Made by a program: the position numbers and the translations under genes. From Lama guanicoe (Eukaryota), in assembly GCA_013239625.1 (NCBI GenBank), contig MU054049.1, forward strand, positions 445,015 to 509,014: a DNA stretch of 64,000 nt, read 5' to 3'. The notes below the pieces were generated by a model. It did no database searches. It saw only the letters and a list, made by a program, of their open reading frames with translations, and was not told the origin of the DNA. The stretch's first letter is position 1. Each line of letters starts with the position of its first letter. Shown here one piece after another: positions 1 to 12,700 of the stretch.

Positions 1-175
1 TCCAGGAACTCTGTCCTCCCCAGAAGGTATACAGTAACTTTAGGTTTATTTCAAGGACTCGGCCTCATTTTGCATTTTTAAATGATCATAAAGACTTACA
101 TCCTCACTTTCACTACATGATACTTGCTGAAATGACATGCATTTTAATTACAGGAATATAAGTATATACACTAGG

Positions 176-255
176 AGGGGAGAGAAAGAAAGAGAAAGAG
201 GAAGAAAGAGAGAGAGAGAGGGAGAGGGAGAAAGAGAGAGAGAGAGAAAGGAAAG
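176..255. repeat. (GA)n purine-rich microsatellite
   Basis: gagagaaagaaagagaaagaggaagaaagagagagagagagag... Confidence 0.9.
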
Positions 256-625
256 ACCAACTTCCCAAGGCTCAGCCCTGAAGAGAGCATGAGTGGGAAA
301 CTTGAATGAGCCATCCCTTCATTCCTGTGAAGTCAACATTTAAAGAGAAGCATTTTGCAGTCAGTATGGCCTGTAAAGGCAAACCACCAGACTTCATCTG
401 AGGCTCAACCAAAGAAGAAGTGATCTGCTCCCACACCAAGGAGGGAAAAACAACATCACACCTTGCAAAGTGATGCTCAGGGTAACATGACTTGATGTGG
501 TTTTCGCCTTATGCCCTAGCTTTAGAAACTAACCTTGCATAAGATGCAGCTCCAGCCAAGTACCAAGTCCTCTCTCTGGAAGGCAAACAATTACAGTGTT
601 CTTCCATGAAAATGTACTGTACCGC

Positions 626-631
626 TTTATT
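626..631 (-). terminator. Candidate polyadenylation signal AATAAA for FRMPD2
   Basis: tttatt on the plus strand shortly after the candidate stop codon; a second copy lies at 45-50. Confidence 0.4.
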
Positions 632-716
632 ACAACATGTTTTATAAAGATCTACCGCGCTATGGTAGTAATAGATGGACAGCGTGGTAAAAGAAAAGAA
701 GACGAAATGTCAGACT

Positions 717-783
717 TCATCTTCTCCAAGAACACTGGCTTTGCTGGGGTGCTGGCAGCCATCTGACTGTAGGAAGTAGCCAC
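717..783 (-). CDS. FRMPD2: Candidate FRMPD2 terminal coding exon, (R)[21 protein letters not shown]
   Basis: ctaccag| acceptor; read in phase 2 to match the previous donor it gives TGA at 719-717, with AATAAA about 85 nt downstream. Pyrimidine tract is weak and homology is not confirmed. Confidence 0.42.
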
Positions 784-3700
784 CTGGTAGATGACAATGT
801 GCTGGGAATTTCAATTGATAGGACCTGCTCTTTAGCTGGAAATGGCTCTGGAAAGGGAAAGAAAATTGACCTGGGTTGAGTTCCTGCTGGGAGCCAGGCA
901 CTGGGTTAGTGCTCTGCACATGTGTTATCTCTTTCGAACTGCACGGCACCCTGTGGAATTGTCTGTGTCTTCATTTCCATTTGAGAAGCCTCAAGCTCAG
1001 GGAATTCAACTCTCTGGGCATGGGCATGCTAGGAAGTGGCAGAGCTGAAAGCAAGGCTCTCTGATCAAGAAGTCAGTGCTCTTTTTGTTCTAAACTGCAG
1101 GAAGAGAACTTCACTCATAGATGCTGGCAAACAAAGAGGCAGTTACCTGGGACAGCCACCTCAGAACTGAGCTGCGGACATTCGAGATGGGGTCCACCAA
1201 GAACCACAACCCCACTTTGGAATCCTAATTCCTACCCTACCCAGGGGCTCGGGGAACTGTGTCCGGGGATCGCTGGGTATGTACCATGCTTTTCCTCCTG
1301 TAGGGGGCAGCCACTAAGTATGTGTGCTCTGAGCGCAAGCTGATGTCCCACGGGAGGAGAAGCTAATGTGGTTTGAGTCCTTCCTTTGGAGAGAAAGAGG
1401 ACTTCCATTTCTGAATGGGAGAGAGGAAACAAAAGTACAAGTGAAACACAGTAAAAGGAAATGTGAGGAGGTGGAGAGCTGCCATCACCAGGGCCACGGG
1501 AGCCAAGTGCAAGGGGGAGGGGTTGGCCATGGAGGGAGTCAATGCAGAGAACAGCAAACCTGCCCACCTGTTACCCCGTGGACCACGTGGGCCTGGGCAG
1601 TGAGCACGGAGCAGCAACCAAGACGGACCGATCAGAGGCTCCACCGTAATGTTCTGAACAGGCTGTCAATACTCTTGTATAATTCTGGGAAGGGGCCACC
1701 CCCTTCCAAGGATGGCAGGTTTTGGACATCTGGTATACCCTTGCAAGTAGAGATGCTAAGCCAAATTTAATTTGATCCAGAAATATAAAACGATATGATG
1801 CTTCTTTTTTTTTTTTTAAGGAATGACAAAAACATAAAGGGGAAAAGGTGTCAGGATTTATAAGAAGAAGATAAAGAAAGGCAGATTTCACCTTAATAGA
1901 AGGAAGAACTTTCCGATCGACAACTACACGATGATAAAATGGGCCACCTCAAGAGGTAGCAAATTCTGCATCCAACCCTGGAGCTATTCAGGCAAAAGCA
2001 GGCCCTCTACTTCAGGGATGTCACAGAGCAGATTCCAGCATGGAGGGTGAGGTTAGATGAGATCGTTTTTATATTGAACAACCCCGAGTTTTTTGTGAGT
2101 TCGTGAATAAAACAGTGACAACCTATATTAATAATTACTTTAAAATGCTATTATTAATAAATGATGACTATATTAGATTTAAGGCACATGGCAAGCCAAA
2201 CTCCAGAGTCACACTTTATAATCCAGTTTTCAGGGTTTCTGTCCATCAGCCCAGACTATCGGTAAAATCTTCAGAAATCCGAACGAGTGGTCCCTTGCCT
2301 GAAGGGAAGTACATTTCCTTGTGTATTTCCTACAAGATCATACAAATACTTGTCCTTGGATAAAGCTCTGCAGGTTATTTCCTGCATCATTTGATCAAGT
2401 GTATCAACTACGGCCTAGAAGAAGGCAATTGTAAGGAATTATAAACACACTGGTGCTTATGCCGTTTCAGAAAATGAAAGTGAATACCACCGCACGAACG
2501 TGCTCACCCACCCGGTTCTGCTTCGCAGAGTAGTTGAATTTTGTTTGGTTGGTACAATACAGCATACTTTAAAAAAATTGACTCTGGATGCTTCTAGGAA
2601 ACATGTCTGGCTCCTGCTGTCCCAGATCTCATGTTGTCTAACTGCTTTACCCCAGCTGCTTCATAGTTCATGTCACCTACCAGACCCTCGTCAAGCTCCT
2701 AGGATGGCCGACAACTAAGAGCCATTTAATCTCAGTGAGTCTTCACAGTGTCAAACACAAGCCACTGTTCCTCATATTTGGCTGCTTTGTGCCTACGCAT
2801 CTAGCTAGCACACACCCAGAAGCAGCGTCTTGCCCTCTCTCTGTACTGGAACCCCTCTCTCTACTTCTAACAAGTTTCCAAGCACCTTGAGTATGTGTAA
2901 CAAGCACTCATCACACTGAATGGAGGAGTATGTTTTCCAACAGAACAGGACTGACAATTAGAAATACTTACGGGTGGATGAGCACAAAGATGCAGATGAA
3001 GATAAAAATAAATGGCTACTAAAATGAATGCTTCAGGCTGGTTTTGAAGATGTAGATTTTTTTTAAAAGCTAGTGTTGATTATAAAGCATTATGTTAGCA
3101 GTAGAAATGATGATGCACACATGGAAAAATTCTTTCTTAACACAGTGCTTCAAGAGGCCTTGAGAGGTGCAGCACAAAGGTTTGTGTGCTGGGAAGAAAT
3201 CCCAAAGCCTGCCATCTGTGGTCTCCAAGGATACTGGAGGACCTCTGGATGGAGTCTGCTTTCCCCAAAGCTCACAAGCCGTGGCTCCAGCAGCTCCAGA
3301 TTTTATGTTTCTCTTGTTTCCTCCTCCCTCCACGTGCCCAGCACAGTCCTGGGCCCCGTAAGCATCTGGGCACAGTTATTGATCGCTTGATTGTAATTTC
3401 TAGCAATGAAATGTATACGATTTACAGTACGTCTGCAAGGAGGTGAACTTACCTGTCAAGTCTCCTGATATCGCAAACTGAATAGCAGTTTTGCCTCACA
3501 TCCTTTTCCAAAGAGGTAGCCAATGCTGATGCATCCACTTCTCGGTGAAGTCGGCATAAATGAGGGTAAGAATCCTGTGGACATGTCAAGGAAGTGGCCC
3601 AGGGTCTCTCTGTGTCTTGGTCCCATTGTGCCTCTCTGGTGGCCGGTTGGAAAGACTCTGGCCTGAGACCCAGGCCTTCCCCTGCATCTGGGGAGGCACT

Positions 3701-6700
3701 GTCCCTTCGGCTGTCCTCTTGATCCAGGCTGGGGCTCTGCTCTGAGTCAGTGCATGTCGCTCTGGTGAATTCTTTGTCTGCTGACAGCATGGGTGTCTAT
3801 TGAAAAATAATGGTCAGGATTACTGGATCCACAGTGCACACTGAGCAAGATCTAAAAATTGCTTTTAAAAAAAATAATAAGCTTTTTCTTCACGTAATTG
3901 GAGAGCAGAGCCATTAAGAGATGGGATCAGTCTCCTTCTGTCAGAACCCCAGCTCCCACTGAGCAAAACACTGAACCATCTCTTAAGCCTCTTAGCTTGG
4001 GGCCATTGGAAGCTCTTGATAAATGTGAGCATCATTCATTTATCAATAAAAATATCTTGAAAATGTAGAAAATATGAAAACAGAAATAATGACTGTTTAT
4101 CCCACTTGGCAATAAGGAATTTTTTAAAGACTCTTTGTCTTCATTGGTCCTCAAAGATGGTCCATTTTCACAGCTTCATCTCCCCTCCACCATGATGCCC
4201 TTTCCTGGGTCTCCTCCTCACTTCTCCAAACATTTCTTGATTCTCATCTGCTTACATCCCTACTGGGCCTTTTAGTTTCTGATTTTGATGACCAGCTGTG
4301 ACATGCTAACACTGCTCAACTTTCTATACGTTAAAAAAAAAATCTGTGCTTCAGTAGAAAACCATGCATTGTCCACAGTACAGCCTTCTGGGTTATCTGA
4401 TTCTAGCTATATTCCTTGTTTTGATCTATTTTAAAACTCTGTGTAACTAAAAATGCTGCTCTTTGAAAACTCTTTTGAGCAAGTTTGAACATCTGCCTGG
4501 TTCCCTCATGGAATGAGTTAAATAAAATCTTGAACATGTGTTCATCATTATGTTCTCTCTCCGTAAGAATCGTGACTTTACCTTTTCTTGAAAATTATCT
4601 TTTACTACTTTTGTCCCATGACCTACATCCCTAATGTGACAGAGCACATGGACTTTTGAGCCAGGCGGGACTGGGCTCTGGGCTCTGGGCTCTGGCCCCT
4701 GCCCTCTCCTGTAACACAGGAACCTGTCCCCTGTCCCCCAGCCTAGTGGTCTCCTCACCTTTCTGATTGCCCACTCCCCACAGTGAGGGAGGATGCACCT
4801 CCAAAAATATGCATTTTTATGTAATTATAAATTACAAACACTTAGGACTCTACTGACATATGAGTACACTCTAAAGGGTATACTCAAAACTGAAATTTGA
4901 AATGGATGAGACAAAAAAAGAAATAGTGACTGTCTGTTCAGTTCTTCTGCTCATATTTTAAATGGGTTGTTTGCTTTTTAATTGAAGTACAGTTGATTTT
5001 AAAAATAAAAAAAAAGAAGATGACTAACAGGTTCTGGAATCTAATATCCAGCACGGTGATTCTAATGACACAGTATCCCACTAATGATACTGTATCATAT
5101 ACCTGAATGTTGCTCAGAGTGTAAATCCAAAACGTTCTCACCCCCAAAAAGAAACAATAATTATGTAACAGAATGGAGGGAGTAGCTCACATAATAGTGG
5201 TAATCATTTTGTAGTTTATAAATGTATCAAAACACATTGTTATGTGATATTATTACAATGTAATATCAATTATATCTCGATACAGCTGGGGAGGAAAAAG
5301 AGACAGCAACTCCTAAAGGGAAAATGATACCAGCTTTTTATGCAATCTTGAAGAAAGATCCTTCAAAATATCTACTAAAAAAAATTGGGACTCAAAATTA
5401 AATAGATACATTCGTACATACATACATACATACATACATACATACATACATACATAGTAAAAGGAGTTATCTTTTCTCTCATCCTCCTTGGGAGACCTCC
5501 AAAAACCTCCTTTTCAATCACTCCTCTCCTTCCAGCTCATCACCCCCAGGACTCATTCTTCAGAAATTCTTCAGCCTCTTGAAGGCTTCCAGTGGAGGGA
5601 CCTGCTGCTTTTTCACCACTGCTCCCAGTCCCCATCTTCAAAGTCCTTCCTCACTTTCCTTTTACTCTGCTTAGATTCCATAGTCTGTCCCATAAACACT
5701 CCCTGAAAAACAAATTCCTGAGCTCCCATCCTCTCCCCCATCCCTCCTTCCATCACATGTTGCTCACAGGTGCTGGATTTTAATTCCAACTCTTAGTGCC
5801 ATGATATGTGGGCTCCACACCTGCTTCTGAGCCCCTGCTAATGCCACAGATAGGAGCACAGATGTCAAATAGGCACTCAAGACTTCCAGGTCATCTTCCT
5901 CTACGTCCTTAGTAAATTCACTTCCCTGTTCTCTCTACCCTCTAAATGATCTCTCATCTTTTTTCTCCACGAGTGTCCAATAACCACCCCCTGCAAGTTG
6001 CCTCTTACTTTACAGTGAGAAGGGACACATTCAGAGAAGAATCCTTCATCTCCCCATTTCAAAGTCTACCAACCAGCCTGCACCCCTATTCCAACGTCCT
6101 CTCCCACCTACCAATCCACCCCTTTCCTCTGCTCTTCGAATGAGTGCCTACACTCACTATTTCATTGACCCCTCCTTCTCCCTCGTACCCGCTCCAACCA
6201 GGCTTCTGTCCTCATCATTCAATAGAAAGAGCTCTAATCAGGGTCCCTCATGGCCTTCATCTCTCTAAAGCCACAGGATAATTCTCTGCCCTCATTTCAC
6301 TCTACCTCTCAGCAGCATTCAACATAACCGGCCCCTCCTCCTTCTGGAGAGCAACCTTCACTCACTTACTCTAAAAGTGGAGTTTTCCCTGAACGCCATC
6401 CTTCAGTGGTTCTCCTACCACCTCCCAGGCCCCTTCTTCCCAGCCTCATGTGCGGCCTCATTCCTTTGACCCAGACCTCTCAATGTTGGGGTGTCCCACG
6501 GCTCACTTCTCAGCCCTCTTCTTGACTTTTCTTCTCAGCCCATCTATGGCTTTCGGTGGCAGGGTTTGCTGACCATTCAACATTCACTTTTTCCAGCCCT
6601 GACCCTATGCCAATTCTCCACAAACAACTACCTAACAGACATCTCCATTGGGCGTTCCGTAAACATTTCAGTTTGCAGGCTAGCAAGAATGACAGCTTCT

Positions 6701-9700
6701 CCCTGACGCACTCTAAACTGCGCCCACTAAGCTCGTCCTGTCTTTGTAAGTGGTGCCACCATCCATCCAGTTGCTCAGGCCAAACTCTACCCTCTATCCT
6801 CATACCCATATCGACTCCCATGGGTTCTGCCTCCCAGATGTACCCCAAATCTTACTACTTGCCAGCTATTTGGCTACAACCTGCGTCGAAGTCACAATAT
6901 CCCACCTGAATCACTGCCACGTTACCCGATCCACTCCATCTCCACCAGCAACCTAAGTGATCTCGCTAAAGCATAGACCAGCTGAGGCCACATTCCTGCT
7001 TGACCCCTCCCAGCCCCGTGGCTTCCCATTGCAGCCACGATAGAACAGCACATGATCGAGACCTACAGAGCCCTACATGATGTGGTCCCCGACTCCCTCT
7101 ACAACTCCTCCCGCTCCACACTCTCCCCCATTAACTACAGTCCAGGCACAACCATTATCTCTGTGTCCCTCAAACATGCAGGTCCTTCCTGTCTCAGAGC
7201 CCTTGCACTTGCTCTTCCTTCTGCCTGGAGTGACCCTGCTCCAGATGTCTGCACAGCTGCCTCTTCTCATAACTACTTTGTTCTAGTTATGAACTAAATG
7301 CTCCCTTCCTTGATCTTCAGTCTGAGCCATGTGGATGAATGAAAATTCTCCTCCCACTTGGCCCCCAGGTATGAGGAGAAAGAAAGCATGCTGCCATTCC
7401 TCACCCCAAGCCCTTGCCACCAGAATCTTCTGGGCTCTCCCGAGAGGAGCTCTTCTCCAGGACAGAAGGACGGCTATTTCTCTGGCATTTCCCAGCTATC
7501 TCAACAAAAACACAGGCTCCTGGCACTTTGATCTGATCTTTATGTGTGTGAAACTTGACCCTCTCCCACTCTGTTCAGTTGTTTAACACAATTGCTTTTT
7601 TTTTTTTTTGGACCTTCTTTTCCAAACTGGCAGCTTTCTGATTTATTTTCCCATAGCTCTTTTCTCACCAAAGTTGGTATCAAATGACCTCTCAGAGTCC
7701 AAACATCACGAGGATCTGCGTCACAAGTTCCCTGTGCTGTCTTTAGTGACCGTCACCCTCAGTGATGGTAAGTGATCAATTTCATCCACATCTTATCCAC
7801 GTCTCTGATGAGAAATAAGAGGCCTGGAGAAGTCAGGCAAGTGCCCGAGGCCCACGTAGCAAGCAGAGCAGGTGCAGCGACCCCGAGGTGCTCACACAGA
7901 CCCTCCTCCAGGACTAAGGCCCCCCTCTCCCGGCTGCTGGGAGTGCTGGCTGCTGGCTGCCCACAGCTAGCCTCTCCTCAGGCATTATGCTCTGCTCAAG
8001 GGAACTGTCTCAGCCGAAGTCAGGCCCCCTCCCTTGGGGCAGCCCGTACCCCAGTGTTGGTTGATGCAGACAGCAGAGGTCCAGGCTCTTTTGTCCCAGT
8101 TCGGGACAGCACTACGGGGCCATCCCAGCTTCAGAGCTCCCTGTGGGGTCAGCCGAAGCCCCTGTTGCAGCTGCACCACATTAACTTCCCCTTCCACCCA
8201 GCCCTGCCTCCCGCACCCTCACAAGGGTGTTTCCAAGAGCCAGCCCCATGAGCCTCCAGTCTGTGTCCCAGGAACACAACAGGTGCTGGTGAATTTTATG
8301 TGTCAACTTGGCTGGGCCACAGGCCCCAGATATTTGGTCAAACACTAATCTAGATGTAAAATAAGGGTACTTTTTAGATGATCTTGGTATATAAATCAGC
8401 AGACTTTGAGTGAAGCAGATGGCCCTCCATGAGGTGGGTAGGCCTTGTTCAATCAGTTGAAGGCCCTAAGAGAAAAAAGACTGAGATTCCCAGGAAAAAA
8501 GAAATTCTGCTTCCAGACTGTCTTCAGAACCAAGATTGAAGTAACAACTCTCCTGGGTTTCCAGCCGGCCAGACTGCTCTGCAGAATTTACACTGGCCAG
8601 CCCCACAATCATGTGGGCCAATTCCTTAAAATCTCTCTCTCTATATATATATGTATATATACACATACATATATACATACATACATGTATATATGTATAT
8701 AGACATATACACGCATATACTATGTATATATAAATTTATAATATATATTTATAAACACACATGCATATACACATATATGTCCTATTGGTCTTATTTCTCC
8801 AGAGAACGTGACTAATAGAGGCTTCAACATAAAAATTCTGGCTTGTCCTGATTTCCATGCCTCACTTCCTTGCACTGAATCACACGTGCTTTAGGAGGGT
8901 GGACATGCGTCTTGTTCTCTATTTCACTCCTTAGAATGCAAATTCTTACCTTCCCTTTGTCTGATTTTAGATCTACTCCCCTTGTTTCGGGGTTCCCCTC
9001 TCTGATGCTTGGGTTTCCGGAGAGCCTGGCTCTAGAAGTTTCACAGCCAAGATGTAAACATGGAATCATCTACAGGAAGACCCAGATACTGGGAGAGGCA
9101 GAAGCGGGGAGAGGAAGGAGGAGGCAGAGATAGGACCTCATGAACTTGTCACAGACCAGCTGAGGTGTGGGGGCCAGCTATTCTCCTGCCCCAGTGAAAG
9201 AAGGTGGCCTTGAACCCTTCTGAAAGCAGAGGTGGCCTTCTCAGGATCCAGCAGACAAGAAACGCGGTGCTGAGCGTGAGGCACGTGGAGAAACGGAGGG
9301 CACCACGTCTTACCTGCCATCCTTGGTCCATCTCAGGTAGCGTGCCTGGAGGGGGTCGGCAAAGCAGGAGCGTGACTTCCTGCGAGGCCCCGCGCAGTAA
9401 ATGGAGCACCTCCTACCAGAAACCAAAGCCCGTGGTTAGATGTGGGGCTGGCGTGGCTGTGGGATGTCCTTCTCTGGGCTCCGCACTATCTTCCTGGCCC
9501 CGGCCTCTCCTCCTCCCACCTCGATCTGTTTCTTGGCTCCACGGAACTTTGGAGAACAATGTTGTGGGCCCGACTTCCCCAAAATGCATGGATCCAAGGC
9601 CGTCAGCTTGTGGTTCCCACAGAGAACAGGCATGGATGCTGAGCCGGAAATGGCCAGGGTCTGCCCAGGGCTTTTCCATGGCAGCATCTGCCAGTCAATA

Positions 9701-12700
9701 CTGATGCCTTTTCTTCAGAGAGAGAGTGACCCAAACAAATGACTGTTTCCATTTCAACCTCCTCTCCCTCCCGACCCACTCATCTGGGGGCTGCCAGTGA
9801 TGTAGGTGTCCCTGCCTTGATCTCTAAAGGCTGACATTCAGCCCTGAGCTCCTTGTGAGGCTCAGCTCAGGCCCTCAGAGCCTCTCACCTGGGGAATTAC
9901 AGGGCCCTCCTCTCTGCTCCCTGCCTCCTCCAGATTCACCCACCTTCCTCCCTCTGAATCACTAAAGTGCATCATTCCAAAAGGCCTTTATAAACCGGTT
10001 CTCCTGTTGAACCCCCTCTCTGGCTCACCTCATGCAGAACCTGCTCTTACTTGCCATTGCCTCTCACCCTGCTCTCTTTCCCACCTGCTCCCCCCTATAC
10101 CCACATCCTAAGCTCCCACCATGCTGAACCTCTTGTTCCAAGCCACCGTCTCAAAGCCCAGAGTGTGAGGCTGGCTGAATCACTCTTATCACCTATCCAA
10201 ACCATGGTTTCTCAGCCTCTCAGCACTGTTGACCTGGTGGCATTTCAGGCTGGATAGCTCTGTTGCCAGGGGTGTCCTGTGCATTGCGGGATGTTGAGCA
10301 GCATCTCTGGTCTCTACCCACTAGATGCCAGTAGCATCCGTTAGCTGTGACAATCCCAAATGTCTCTGGACTTCGCCAAATGTCCTGAGAGGCGAGATCA
10401 CCCCCACCCGGGAACCTCTGATCTGGACGCTACTCAGCACCCCCCAGCTGTGATGGACTGCCACAGAATGGGCTCCTTCTCGGTTCCCCAGTGCAAGCTC
10501 TGGAGCAGGGGTTTTTATCTCTCATGACACTTATCTCCCATGGTAAGTGTTGTTCTCTTGTCTGTCCCACCACCCCTATGAGCTCTGAGACTATGAAATG
10601 TCCACCTCTGTGTCTTCAGTTCCTCCTACAGTTGCTGGCCCAGCATTGGTCCTCTGAGGACAGTTCCTGCATGAGACAAAGGATGCAGGATGGAGGACGG
10701 CCTGTCTACCCTACCCCTGTTCTGAGGGTTCTGCATCCCTTCCAATCCCACCCAGAGCCACTCTCTACCTTCATCCGCCTTCCTCTGTGCCCTGGAGGTG
10801 GACATGGGCTACAGAGGGACTTCCTGCTGGGCTCAGCCAATGGGAGGGTGAGCAGTGATCGGGGATGAGGAGGAGAGGGAGGTCCACGGGTGCTTTCCTG
10901 TCTTCCTCCCCTTGGGGTTGTCACGGGATGACTGTGTCCCTCGGCTAATTTCACAGCTCATGTCAGCGAGCCTGCTCCACCTAGCTCGCTCCATTTCTGG
11001 AGGTGGGTAATTGCTCTTTCCCATCTCCCTTTGGACTTGGGTTGGCAGGGGGGAGGGAGGGTGGATAACTGTTTCCACTGCTCCCAGCCCCAGGGCTCTA
11101 TACTCTCCCTTGAGTTTCCCACACACCTCCACCCCTTTATTACACTTTCTCAAACGGTCCAATTTCTGCCAGGACTCTGACTGATATGTACAATATTTCA
11201 TTGAGATTCTGTGCTATAAGTGTTAAGAAGTGTCCACTTTTTACTCTCTTTTTACTTTTGGGTTTTTGTGGGGGGGTGTTGGCAAGGGCAAGGTGATTAG
11301 GTTTGTTTGTTTGTTTACAGAGGTGCTGGGGATAGAACTCAGGACCTCGTGTATGTTAAGGCTTATTCAAGGTCAGATATTTAAGAACTGAGACGGAAAA
11401 TTTAATCTGAGAATGTTCTTCCAGTTTCTCTCTGTGTGTGATCCCAGTGCAGGCTCCAGGTGTGATATCCGAGAGCCCGGAGAGACCCCGTGGTGAGTGG
11501 GCCTGAAAGGAGCGCGGCTGACCTCAGCCTGTGCGCAGGGCTGCATCCCTCACGGCCTCCCACCTGGAAGTCGAGGCCCTCCGTGGGCCTTCCGTTCACG
11601 GCCAGGATGATGTCACCAGCTGCGATGGCCCCGTTCTCCTCTGCCGGCTGCCCCGGGAAGAGCCGTTTAATCCTCAGCAGATTGTTCCTGAGGTGGCTGC
11701 AGTGCTCTCTCTCCATCTGCACGAAACTGAATCCCAAACCACTGATGTTCTTTTTCAATTTGACTTCAAATTTAGGACCTGTATCGTGGGATGCGAACGA
11801 GATCCACCCTTCAGTAAGTAGATGACAAATGAAATAGGCCGGGCTCCAAATGCAAATTGTCAGGTAAATGGATTTTTTTTCTCTTTTACTTGGAAAGATT
11901 TCATTCTGCTAATTGTTAGGACAGAGTGCATTATACATGCGATAGGCCAGTGCCATCTGTTGGAAATATGTGAGCTGCAGATGCACACCATGTACGTAAT
12001 TTCAAAATTTCCAAATAGCTACATTTTAAAAAGTAAGAGGAAACAGATAAAATAAACTTAATCAAATATTTAAGTTAACCCAACATAGCTAAAATATTAC
12101 CACTTCAACATGTAATCAAAGGAGAAAATATTGAGATATTTTACGTTCTTCTTATGAACTAAGTCTTTAAAAGTTGAGTAGGTATTTTACCATTTGGATT
12201 GGCCACACTTCAAGTACTCAGTGGCCACACTGGCAAGTGGGTACCCGATTAGACATAACAATTACAGATAATCAACAAAGTTTATATGTAGAGATACAAT
12301 TTGTAGACATACACAATGCGCCTACATCATTTAGTAAAATTTGGATCACATATATTTGTATTACTCCTTTAGAATCCCAATCATTTTTTAGTATACTTGA
12401 AAAATTTTTTTTGCATAATTAAACCATGGAGACAATTATGGCCAACTCTATGAAAATGTTTAGGTGTCATATCGTTCAGCCCTAGGAACTGACCATAAGA
12501 TAAAACAGCTGCTTCTGGGCACTCAAGATGGACACAGCTCCAGGAAATCTGGCAGCCAAAGAGGCTTCTGGGCCTCCCCAAGTCTGCCTTCATCAGCTCA
12601 GTTGGTAGTCAGTCAGTAGAAGGACAGAGCACTAACTTGTGAACCATGATTGGGGGCAACAAAGAAAAGTGGAGCAGTTGGGTTCAGACATATCAAATGA

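Noticed and set aside
1147..1231. Possible extra exon ending at donor cag|gtaact
   Set aside because: The frame needed for a phase-2 join contains TGA, and the acceptor is poor.
1568..1665. Possible cassette exon ending at aacag|gtgggc
   Set aside because: Available acceptors are not phase-compatible with the 3453 donor; the compatible frame stops early; no homology recognised.
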